DNA of 32,000 nt from Nostoc punctiforme PCC 73102 (GTDB lineage Bacteria > Cyanobacteriota > Cyanobacteriia > Cyanobacteriales > Nostocaceae), in the NCBI RefSeq assembly GCF_000020025.1, contig NC_010628.1, positions 1,830,001-1,862,000 on the forward strand, given 5' to 3'. Below are positions 16,465 to 24,836 of the stretch, piece after piece. Every line of letters starts with the position of its first letter. Position 1 is the first letter of the stretch. The notes under the pieces were generated by a model, which saw only the letters and a program-made list of their open reading frames with translations, searched no databases and was not told the DNA's origin. Both the position numbers and the translations under genes were made by a program.

Positions 16465-17609
16465 TTGTTCAATTTATTTTTACATAACTCCTTAGCATCT
16501 GATTGCAAGTATGCTAAATCAATTGCCCCATAGACTTTTGTCGCTGAATCGGGTAAGAGTTCAAGAACCTTCAAAGCATCGTTAACGCTTTGGTTAAACT
16601 CCCGATCGTTAATAACTTTGTTCTTATTTGTCTGGGAACCCAACTGAATTAAATTTAGCAATCCTCGCATCTCTGCTAAAGTTTGTTTTTGGTCGCTAGC
16701 AAGTTTTGTACTTTTCTGAAAATATTGATGAGCTTGCTTATAGTCTTCTATAGACTTTTGAGTAAATTCATTTTCTTTACTATAAATACCAGCTTTATTT
16801 GCCGAATCTGCTTGTAACTCTCGCAATTGAGCGCGACTTTTGTAAGCATTACCCAAACTATTTAACACCAAAAAGTCATAAGCTGGATAAACTTGTTGTG
16901 CTACGTGCAAATATTTAATTGCTTGGTCATAATTGCCGATTAAGCGATATGCTTCACCGAGAATGCCCAAAGCTGCAACTTGACCACTTTTGTCGTTGTA
17001 TTTGGTGGCAATTTGTGTAGCACTGTCTGGAGTGCATTCTATTTTTTGACTTTTATCGGCTAGTTGACCACATAAAAGTGCGATCGCTTTGCGAGGTTGT
17101 CCCAAATTGCTGTAAACTTGGGCTAGTTCTGACTTCATACGTCCCACTTGCTGGATATTTGCTACAGCACCATAGTCACGAATTGCTGCTGATAAGGATG
17201 CGATCGCTGCTTTATTTTCTCCTAGTTGTTGGTAAGCACGCGTCAAATTTTCATTTACAACCGCCGTAGCTGCTGGATTATTTTTATACTTAATTAATGC
17301 ATCTTCCCAGTGTTTTACCGCATTGTGAAAATTTCCGGTATTATAGTCTTTAATTCCTTGTTCAACTAATGCGGTCACATTTGGAGTTTGTGCAGATACG
17401 ACTTGTCCAAATAAAAGATATGTTAGTAAAGTTGTCAAAAATAATACTTTAATAAATCTATGATGCAGATTTGGTTTTTGGTGTTGCTGAGTAGAGAAAT
17501 AAATTAGCCTCTTGCAGAGATTTCCAACCTTCAGCAACATCTGCATCCACCAACGCGCAGAGAATAATATTTTAAGATATTTACTTTTAGCTTTCATATT
17601 TTTCCACAT
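16461..17609 (-). CDS. Signal-peptide + TPR-repeat region: the 5' portion of the IS-split TPR-CHAT gene
   Basis: 382-aa ORF. The hydrophobic leader ...FIKVLFLTTLLTYLLFGQVVSAQ|TP is followed by repeated A/Y/L-patterned TPR-like units (e.g. AIASLSAAIRDYGAV, ALGILGEAYRLIGNYDQAIKYLHVAQQVYP). The last 9 codons plus the stop (ELCKNKLNN*) are read from the IS right end, so native sequence ends at 16492. The true start codon is uncertain. Confidence 0.8.
   Translation of the reverse strand: MWKNMKAKSKYLKILFSARWWMQMLLKVGNLCKRLIYFSTQQHQKPNLHHRFIKVLFLTTLLTYLLFGQVVSAQTPNVTALVEQGIKDYNTGNFHNAVKHWEDALIKYKNNPAATAVVNENLTRAYQQLGENKAAIASLSAAIRDYGAVANIQQVGRMKSELAQVYSNLGQPRKAIALLCGQLADKSQKIECTPDSATQIATKYNDKSGQVAALGILGEAYRLIGNYDQAIKYLHVAQQVYPAYDFLVLNSLGNAYKSRAQLRELQADSANKAGIYSKENEFTQKSIEDYKQAHQYFQKSTKLASDQKQTLAEMRGLLNLIQLGSQTNKNKVINDREFNQSVNDALKVLELLPDSATKVYGAIDLAYLQSDAKELCKNKLNN
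16463..16491. repeat. IS right terminal inverted repeat
   Basis: AATTGTTCAATTTATTTTTACATAACTCC is the reverse complement partner of 15158-15186. Confidence 0.8.
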
Positions 17610-17849
17610 AGATAAAATGTTTATTTAGCTTTTATTGTTTAAATTACCAGAAATCAGCAGAAAAAACTGAAATTTTGAAAAGTGTGCAGTTTTCTGCAAT
17701 TTATCTAAAACAGCAAGAAGATTCAGATCGTGGGAGTCAGAGCCTATTTATAAAGTAAATATAAGCAGGTTTAATTATTTATTATGCAGGCAATTTTTTG
17801 GAGTGTAGCAGAAGTCGCTCAAAGAACCAAACATTCTTTTAAATAACCT

Positions 17850-19844
17850 TTACCACAGAGGATTTGCCATTATTAATGCTTCTGCTTCTGAACTATTTAA
17901 TGGAACTGAGAAAAAATGTCCCTGACCATATTCACATTTCAACTTTCTTAGAAATGCTAGTTGCTCTTTTGTCTCTACTCCTTCGGCTAGAACATCCACA
18001 CCCAACTTGTGCGCTAATGTGGCAATTATTTCAATAATTTCTAAATTCTTTTTATTTGCGCTCATCAAGCTGATGAAAGAACGGTCAATCTTCAACACAC
18101 TAATTGGAAAGTTATAAAGACGACTTAATGAGGAGTACCCTGTACCAAAGTCATCAATTGATAACTTAATACCCATCTCTCGAAGTTGTAAAAATGTAGC
18201 AGTTACCTTGTCGCCATTTGCCACAATTACGCTTTCAGTAATTTCTAGTGTTAGCGTGTCAGCATCAAGACCAGTTGAGTGTAAAATTTGCCCAATCTGC
18301 TCAATCAAATCTGGCTGGGAAAATTGCTTGAGTGAGAGATTGACACTTATTTTTTCTAGCAAGTTGGAATCATGGCACATCCGCCAAGCTTGCATTTGGC
18401 GGCAAGCTTCATGCAACACCCATTTGCCAATGGAGAAAATTAGTCCAGTTTCTTCTGCTAGGGAAATAAAATCTGCTGGATTAAGCAAACCACGCTCTGG
18501 ATGCTGCCAGCGCAACAGAGCCTCAAAACCCAAAATAGAGCCTTTAGTGAGCGAAACAATCGGTTGATAATAAACTCGAAACTCTAGGCGCTCAATTGCT
18601 CGACGTAAATCGGTTTCTAACTGCAATTTCGCCAGAGCATTAGCATACATATCTGAGTTGAATAGTTTATAACGCGCTCTACCTTGCACCTTAGCTTGGT
18701 ACATTGCTGTATCTGCATCCCTCAATACTTCTTCTGGATGTTTATAATCTAGTGTCGAACTCAAGGCAATACCAATACTTGCTGTTATGAACACTTCTTG
18801 TCCTTCAAGCTCAAACGGTAATGCTAGTTCTTGTTGAATCCGTTCAGCTACAGTGATGACATCTGACACATCTTGGATTCCCTCAAGCAGAATTGTAAAT
18901 TCATCTCCTCCAAGGCGTGCGGCTGTATCTATAGAACGTACACATACTTGTAGCCTACTTGCAGTAGCAAGCAGTAATTGATCTCCATTTAGGTGTCCAA
19001 GACTGTCATTGATCACTTTAAATCGATCTAGGTCGATAAATAGCACAGCAAATAAATAATTTGAATGCCGTTTTGAATAATTTATTGCATGGCTTAGGCG
19101 GTTCATAAATGCAGCGCGGTTTGCCAGACCTGTCAGTATATCGTAAAACGCCAGGTGCAGCAGTTGTGACTCGGCTCGTTTCCGCTCTGTAATTTCAGTT
19201 AGCAATTTTTGATTTGCTTTTACCAGTTCCGCTGTCCGTTCTGCTACTCGTATTTCTAACTCATCGTAAGCTTGATGCAACATTTCTTCAGTTTTTTTGC
19301 GTTCACTGATGTTGCACAACAGCCAACGCCAGCCAACCTGCTTCCCTTGTAATTTGTACGCAGCAGATGCTTTAATCATTGCGGGGAAAGGCTTTCCACC
19401 CCGTGGTTGTAGGTTAAGTTCCCAATTCAGTAGCTCTTGAAAATTGTTCATCTGAGAGCAAAAGAACTGACGGTCTTGTTGAGCAATAAATAGAATTAAT
19501 GGTTTACCTACTAGATACTTTTGGTTGACACCCAGTAAGGTTGCTGCTGCATGGTTAGCCTCTTGGATTGTTCCTACGATATTAGTTACCAAGTAAGCAT
19601 CTGGGGCGAACTCAAATAAATCTTGGTAACGCTGGCGCTCTTTCTCTACTTCCGCTCGTGTTACCTTTAATTCTTCAGAGGCTGTCAATAATTCTTCTAT
19701 TGCGGTGTTAAGTTCCTCGAAAGCCTCTGTTATGATCTCCTGTTCTGAGTTTGGCTTAGTTGTATCGCATTGCAATAGTTTCTGTATCTGTGAGTGCAAT
19801 TTTTCTATCTGTTGGCTAAATACATCCACGTTCATATTGCTCAT
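17850..19844 (-). CDS. PAS-GGDEF-EAL c-di-GMP signalling protein
   Basis: 664-aa ORF with an N-terminal coiled coil and a PAS-like region (...APDAYLVTNIVGTIQEANHAAATLLG...). The GGDEF motif is intact (ARLGGDEFTILL). EAL-domain motifs are intact (GFEALLRW, DDFGTGYSSL, EGVETKEQ, QGHFF). Confidence 0.9.
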   Translation of the reverse strand: MSNMNVDVFSQQIEKLHSQIQKLLQCDTTKPNSEQEIITEAFEELNTAIEELLTASEELKVTRAEVEKERQRYQDLFEFAPDAYLVTNIVGTIQEANHAAATLLGVNQKYLVGKPLILFIAQQDRQFFCSQMNNFQELLNWELNLQPRGGKPFPAMIKASAAYKLQGKQVGWRWLLCNISERKKTEEMLHQAYDELEIRVAERTAELVKANQKLLTEITERKRAESQLLHLAFYDILTGLANRAAFMNRLSHAINYSKRHSNYLFAVLFIDLDRFKVINDSLGHLNGDQLLLATASRLQVCVRSIDTAARLGGDEFTILLEGIQDVSDVITVAERIQQELALPFELEGQEVFITASIGIALSSTLDYKHPEEVLRDADTAMYQAKVQGRARYKLFNSDMYANALAKLQLETDLRRAIERLEFRVYYQPIVSLTKGSILGFEALLRWQHPERGLLNPADFISLAEETGLIFSIGKWVLHEACRQMQAWRMCHDSNLLEKISVNLSLKQFSQPDLIEQIGQILHSTGLDADTLTLEITESVIVANGDKVTATFLQLREMGIKLSIDDFGTGYSSLSRLYNFPISVLKIDRSFISLMSANKKNLEIIEIIATLAHKLGVDVLAEGVETKEQLAFLRKLKCEYGQGHFFSVPLNSSEAEALIMANPLW

Positions 19845-20489
19845 TAGAGGATGTTTTAAAAAGGTCTTTTGCTGCCACAGTTAGCACAGAAAGGTATCTC
19901 AGTTCTAGGTAAAATCTTGATTTTTTGTTGCAGTCAAGCCAAATCAGAACTACAAAATTATATTTTTTGAAACTTTTTAAACATGCTTTTAAATGCAATT
20001 TATTACAGGTAATAGTTTATCCATAATAGCATATTTGCTTTCTGTGTTTTTTAATATACTTCTTAAGATAGATTCAGTCGTTGGATAACTTAGTGAATTT
20101 CTAGGGTTCAACCAATGCAATTGGGCTGAGAGGAGCATTTGTTTATCAGTGAAACATCCCATCCGCAATGCCTTGATTTTGCGATGTTTTCCGGCGCTGC
20201 AATCAATTACAAGTTAGTAGCTCAAGTGGGTTGAAACGCACAGAAATGAAAGAAATTAAGATGGATTGGATCTGATGGTTTAGACTCCCTCTAAATTTGC
20301 CAACAATCTTATATTATATTGATGATTTTTGCGAAGCTAGGTACAAATCAATGAGCCTTCTTTCTCGTTTTCTGTTAAGCCAAGTAAGTATGGCTACACC
20401 CGCTGCGCGAACAAAAATCAGAGCAGGTTCCTATATGAAATGTTGATATGGAAGGAATTGCAGTTATCCTGGCAAACTCCCTAGTATTT

Positions 20490-21479
20490 TTACAGACGAT
20501 CAATTATCTTGGCATTTTCTGGTAATTTGGAGTCTTGTTGCCCAGCAGTACGTGCCCTCGCTGTGAACAAACCAATGGGAGTATTTAATAAATTTACAAG
20601 GGTGGCTTGACTCACGATGCCTGCGCCGGGCTGCGTCAACGCCTTTTTAATATCTCGTGGTACTTCCTTCAATAACCAACGTGCCAAACGATAGCCACAT
20701 TCTTTAAGTGTAATTTCTCGCATCAAATCTACGCCGTGTAGTTCGTGCAGATAGCGATTTGAGCGTCCATAGCGCCGCCATTGGCTTTGCAGTTCCTTAA
20801 GTGTGGCGCGGTGGCGGTGCTGAACGATCGCATTTGGGGCAAATTCCAAACGCCCGATGTTTTCCCCCAAAATCCGCCAGCAAATATCGGCATCGCCACC
20901 AGTGGTAAGATAAGGACGAAATAAACCCGCTTTTTCTAAGGCAATGCGTCGAATCGCCAAATTAGCGGTTTGTCCATAAGGACGAAAGGCATGGTTAAGG
21001 GTATGCTTTTGCGACAAAGTTTCTTCACGGTCTGCGTGTTGTTCTAGTAGAGTTGTACCTGGTAGCGGCAAAATTTCACCAGCGACAATTACTACTTCCT
21101 TATTGACAAAAGGCTGAATTAATGCATCTAACCATTGAGGTTGTGGGCGACAATCTGCATCGGTAAAAACTATAATTTCGCTCACAGCAGCACGAATCCC
21201 GGTATTACGAGCAGCATAAGAGCTTTGAATTTGGTTTTCGCTCAAGGGGCGAATTGTAATTGGGCAGTTTACGGCAGATGTTTTGAGGATGGTGAGAGTG
21301 CGATCGCTACTGTTATTGTCTACCAATAAGTACTCTAACCGGTCTTTTGGGTAAGTTTGAGATAACAGACAATTGATTAACTCTGGTAAATCCGCCTCAC
21401 CGTTATAAATAGGAACAACCACCGATACCATTGGTAAAGGGCTGGTGGCGGTGGTTGCATCAACTGGCTGATGATTCAT
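20490..21479 (-). CDS. Glycosyltransferase family 2
   Basis: 329-aa ORF. VSVVVPIYNGEADLPELINCLLSQTYP, LLVDNNSSDRT and VFTDADC are GT2 (GT-A) motifs. Confidence 0.85.
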   Translation of the reverse strand: MNHQPVDATTATSPLPMVSVVVPIYNGEADLPELINCLLSQTYPKDRLEYLLVDNNSSDRTLTILKTSAVNCPITIRPLSENQIQSSYAARNTGIRAAVSEIIVFTDADCRPQPQWLDALIQPFVNKEVVIVAGEILPLPGTTLLEQHADREETLSQKHTLNHAFRPYGQTANLAIRRIALEKAGLFRPYLTTGGDADICWRILGENIGRLEFAPNAIVQHRHRATLKELQSQWRRYGRSNRYLHELHGVDLMREITLKECGYRLARWLLKEVPRDIKKALTQPGAGIVSQATLVNLLNTPIGLFTARARTAGQQDSKLPENAKIIDRL

Positions 21480-21513
21480 AAATCTGAGATTTGAGAGATG
21501 GGATTACTAACTA

Positions 21514-21590
21514 GTATTCCCAAACCGAAATCCTAGAACGGTATATTAAGCAGTTTTCGTAACTCCAAAAATCTGGATTTGGGAATACTA
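21514..21590. repeat. Interrupted inverted repeat between the protease and GT2 genes
   Basis: AGTATTCCCAAA(CCGA)AATCC (21514-21534) is matched by GGATTTGGGAATACT (21576-21590). That gives 15 complementary nt with a 4-nt bulge in the left arm and a 41-nt spacer. Confidence 0.7.
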
Positions 21591-21627
21591 CTATATAAAC
21601 ACCTATGAAGAAATCATTTACATCAAT

Positions 21628-22968
21628 CTAAAATTTCAGGTTATCGGCGCGGCTCATGGGTCGAGTGGGCTGATTTGCTGGCGGCTGGGCGAAGTTGTTA
21701 TTTGATAAAATGGCGATCGCTCGGGCATATTGCGGATCGCTCTTAGTTCCGATTAAATCTGGATTAGAAGCTAACTGCCGCTCTTGTGCCTCTGTCAAGT
21801 CTAGCTTGACATCTGGGGCAATCCCTTTATGGTTAATATCTGTTCCCGCCGGAGTGTAGTAATGGGCAATGGTGACAGCCAAGCCGGAACCATCTGCAAG
21901 TTCATGAACTGACTGCACTAGCGCTTTACCAAAGGTTTGACCACCTACGACTACTGCCCGCTTATTATCCTTGAGTGCCCCTGTGAGAATTTCACTAGCA
22001 CTAGCTGAATTACCATCCACTAATACTGCCAAGGGACGATTTGTTAGAGCAGTGCGATTAGCTTTAGTTTCTTCAGTACCGCCCACACGGTCTACTGTTT
22101 TGACAATTCCGCCGTCATTATACCACATCCGAGCAATTTCAATACTCGCTTGTAACAACCCGCCAGGATTTCCCCGCAAATCTAAAACATAAGAATCAAC
22201 TTTCTTAGTGTTCAAATCGCGAATGGCTCGTTGCATTTGATCTGCGGCGTGGGCGCTAAATTCCCGCAAACGGATATAACCAACGCGGCGATTTCCTTCT
22301 TGTCTGAGGGTATAACGTACTGTTGGTACTTCAATACTTGCTCTTGTCAGTTTCAATTCAAAGGCATTTTGCCCTGCTCGTCCCAGTCGGAGTTTGATGG
22401 GAGTACCTGCTTTGCCACGAATTAACTTGGAAGCGTCATCCACTTTCATTTTGAGAGTGGATTTGCCGTCAATTGCCAAAATTTCATCGCCTGCTTTGAT
22501 CCCAGCTTTCAGTGCTGGAGAATTTTCTATGGCTTCGACAACAGTGAGGCGCTGAGTTTTTTCGTTTACTTCCATCCGAACGCCAATACCAGAGACTTCC
22601 CCAGATGTTTGACTAGTCAAGGCTTCAAACTGTTTGGGGTCCATGAATCGAGTGTAAGGATCTCCCAACTTTTGTAAAGCTTCGCGGATGGCAGCATAAG
22701 CTTCTTCCCGAGAAGAATAGTCTTTGCTCAACAGGCTTTGTCTAGTTGCTTGCCAATCTTGTTGATTAAATTTGCCATCAACATACTCATGATTTACCAG
22801 TTGCCAAACTTGGTCAACTATCGTTTTTGGGCTGTCTTGTAGAGCTAAGGCGGCACGGACACCACGAGTCCAAGCGGAGCCGAATACAGACATCGTAGCA
22901 GTCGTAGCGATCGCTCCACCAATCAAGGCTACTTGGAGCGGTGAGTAACTTTTCGCAGATTGGTTCAT
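21628..22968 (-). CDS. S41-family carboxyl-terminal processing protease (Ctp) with a PDZ domain
   Basis: 446-aa ORF. It has an N-terminal hydrophobic anchor, a PDZ region (SPALKAGIKAGDEILAIDG), the S41 motifs LDLRGNPGGLL and NSASASEILTGAL, and GQTFGKALVQS (catalytic Lys context). Confidence 0.9.
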   Translation of the reverse strand: MNQSAKSYSPLQVALIGGAIATTATMSVFGSAWTRGVRAALALQDSPKTIVDQVWQLVNHEYVDGKFNQQDWQATRQSLLSKDYSSREEAYAAIREALQKLGDPYTRFMDPKQFEALTSQTSGEVSGIGVRMEVNEKTQRLTVVEAIENSPALKAGIKAGDEILAIDGKSTLKMKVDDASKLIRGKAGTPIKLRLGRAGQNAFELKLTRASIEVPTVRYTLRQEGNRRVGYIRLREFSAHAADQMQRAIRDLNTKKVDSYVLDLRGNPGGLLQASIEIARMWYNDGGIVKTVDRVGGTEETKANRTALTNRPLAVLVDGNSASASEILTGALKDNKRAVVVGGQTFGKALVQSVHELADGSGLAVTIAHYYTPAGTDINHKGIAPDVKLDLTEAQERQLASNPDLIGTKSDPQYARAIAILSNNNFAQPPANQPTRPMSRADNLKF

Positions 22969-23278
22969 GTATATTAACTGGAATAATTGTGTTGTTGACA
23001 GTTTAGCAATCAGGCTTTCCAGAAATTTTTAAGTTTTTATACCCCAAACTAAGCTATGCTTTCTTCATCATTTTTATCGTTGTAATGATGCCGAAGATAC
23101 TGCATTATTAACAACCATTTCTCAGTTTGTTAGCCGTCTCCGGAAGGCTATACTGAAGATGTGACACTTTGATTAGCGTCATGTTTGTACTGATTCATTA
23201 CTTTTATAAGATAGCACTTTGATCGCTTAATTGCAGCCTTATTAGACAGCTATTAAATCAGGTTTTCTTACCGAAGTC

Positions 23279-23977
23279 ATGAAACGTAAATTTACCATCA
23301 AATCGTTAATTTCTATTAAAAAAAAATTTGCTAATCTGTGGCAATTGTTACAAAAACTAACTGGTGTATTGTACTTTGTCTTAGGCACTTGGCTGATTTT
23401 TACTACTATAACCTTAGTTTTTGCTTCTTCACAGCCAATAGATGCGTTCTTAGTGCTTGGTGGCAGTATTCGTCGAGAAACTTATGTGGCCCAACTGGCA
23501 AAACAATACCCGCAAACCCCAATTTTAATTTCTCATGGTTCCCCAGACCCCTGTATATGGTTAATTTTTCAGCCGGAATTAGTAGAGTTACAAAACGTTT
23601 GGTTAGAAAAGTGTGCGAATTCTACCTTTGAAAATTTTTATTATGGTATTCCAATTCTCCGGCGTTGGGGAGTGCATAAAGTCATGTTGATTACTTCGCC
23701 AAGTCACTTACCCAGAGCTAAATGGATGGCACAGATTCTCTTGGGCGCTCATGGTATTTGGGTAGAGCCTGAAATTGTTGAGGAGTCGGGTATTCCTGGC
23801 AATAGTGAATCTTGGGGCAAAACTGGATTAGATTTAACGCGTAGCCTATTGTGGGCAATTTTAAGTCAAATTATTCAACCGGAATGCTCAAATGTGACCA
23901 AGCTTGCCGATGTAGATATGCAAGCTTGGGAGCATAAAGGTTTTCATTGTGAACACCAAGGCGGATTGGGGAGATGA
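23279..23977 (+). CDS. DUF218/YdcF-ElyC family membrane-anchored protein
   Basis: 232-aa ORF with one N-terminal TM helix (VLYFVLGTWLIFTTITLVFA). AFLVLGGSIRRE ... CANSTFENF ... VMLITSPSHLPRA follows the DUF218 pattern (vLGG...; A.nT.eNa; lvTs..H..Ra). Confidence 0.7.
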   Translation: MKRKFTIKSLISIKKKFANLWQLLQKLTGVLYFVLGTWLIFTTITLVFASSQPIDAFLVLGGSIRRETYVAQLAKQYPQTPILISHGSPDPCIWLIFQPELVELQNVWLEKCANSTFENFYYGIPILRRWGVHKVMLITSPSHLPRAKWMAQILLGAHGIWVEPEIVEESGIPGNSESWGKTGLDLTRSLLWAILSQIIQPECSNVTKLADVDMQAWEHKGFHCEHQGGLGR

Positions 23978-24004
23978 GGGCGAAGTTTAGTTTAAAGGGT
24001 GAAG

Positions 24005-24036
24005 GAACGAACCACAGAGGCACAGAGAACACAGAG
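24005..24036 (+). repeat. Copy A of a 32-nt imperfect direct repeat (GAACGAACCACAGAGGCACAGAGAACACAGAG)
   Basis: Matches 25956-25987 at 25/32 positions in the same orientation. The core is GAACC.CA.AGGCACAGA. Confidence 0.6.
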
Positions 24037-24131
24037 TTGGAGAAAAAATGAGATGTTTAAGGGCTTTAGTCCTTATTTTCTAAGCACTTAAGTGTTTGGT
24101 ACAAAATCTAGAAACTAGCTTGACTGAAATA

Positions 24132-24836
24132 CTAATTCCTAGAACCTATTTTCACACTGGTTTTGATATTATTTACTAGTTGTAGAGAATAAAGGTTTGC
24201 ATATACTCCTTTTTGCTCCATCAATTGTGTATGTATACCTTGTTCGATGATTTGTCCTTGCTCAATGACTAATACCTTGTCTGCGTTAGTGACGGTAGCC
24301 AGACGGTGAGCGATGATAAAGCTGGTGCGACCTTGAAGTAAATTAGCGATCGCTTGTTGAACTAAGTTCTCTGTTTGGCCATCAATGTTACTAGTTGCTT
24401 CTTCCAAAATCAAGATGCGCGGGTTTACCAAAACTGCGCGGGCGATGCTGATTAACTGTTGTTGTCCTTTGCTGAGATTTATCCCCCGTTCTCCTAATTG
24501 CGTTTCATAGCTTTGGGGTAAGGTCAAGATAAAGTTATGAATATTTGCAATCTTTGCCGCCGCTTCAATTTCTGCTGTTGTTGCTTGGGGATTGCCAAAG
24601 GCAATATTTTCGGCAACGCTATAGCTAAAAATCATGGTGTCTTGTGAGACAACGCCAATTTGACAACGTAGGCTTGCTTGTGTAACTTTTCGGATATCTT
24701 CTATATCGTCAATTTTTATAGCACCGCCTGACACATCATAGAAGCGGGAGAGTAGGCTAATTATAGTAGTTTTTCCTGCGCCAGTAGCTCCAACTAATGC
24801 GATCGCTTGTCCTGGTTCTGCATTAAAAATTAGGGT
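24132..24836 (-). pseudogene. 5'-truncated ABC exporter gene: only the nucleotide-binding domain remains (no transmembrane domain, no plausible start upstream of Walker A)
   Basis: The frame is open from 24836 and reads TLIFNAEPGQAIALVGATGAGKTTIISLLSRFYDVSGGAIKIDD... It contains Walker A, the Q-loop VSQD, the signature LSKGQQQ, Walker B ILILEEATS and the H-loop IIAHRL. An in-frame TAA lies at 24837-24839. The track ORF (24132-24734, GTG start) begins after Walker A. About 330 aa of TMD expected for MsbA-type half-transporters are missing. Confidence 0.8.

Larger units (their letters stand above)
15158..16491 (+). mobile_element. ISAzo13-family insertion sequence (1334 bp), flanked by a TTA (or TTAG) target duplication
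   Basis: Terminal inverted repeats match at 25/29 positions, with a 22-nt core matching at 21/22. TTA sits directly outside both ends (15155-15157 and 16492-16494). Internally there is a two-ORF DDE transposase. No HIP1 site occurs inside the element. Confidence 0.85.

Noticed and set aside
15160-16500. A model in which the TPR and CHAT ORFs were originally two translationally coupled genes with an ATGA stop/start overlap. The IS would be bounded by the near-perfect (21/22) 22-nt core repeat only (15165-15186 and 16463-16484).
   Set aside because: Those ends give at best a trivial 2-nt (AT) flanking match and no frame continuity. Extending the IRs by 7 nt to the GG termini gives a TTA duplication and joins the two ORFs in frame, which is more parsimonious.
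13453-17609. TPR-CHAT as a CRISPR type III-E 'Craspase' (Csx29-like) or other phage-defence effector.
   Set aside because: There is no gRAMP/Cas7-11, no array and no partner genes nearby. The protein has an N-terminal signal peptide. Multicellular cyanobacteria carry many stand-alone TPR-CHAT paralogues.
20195-20240. A CRISPR-repeat-like string ending in GGGTTGAAAC (…GCAATCAATTACAAGTTAGTAGCTCAAGTGGGTTGAAAC).
   Set aside because: It is a single copy. There is no repeat-spacer periodicity anywhere in the window and there are no cas genes. The same bases translate on the minus strand to FNPLELL, which is better explained as an IS630-type transposase remnant.
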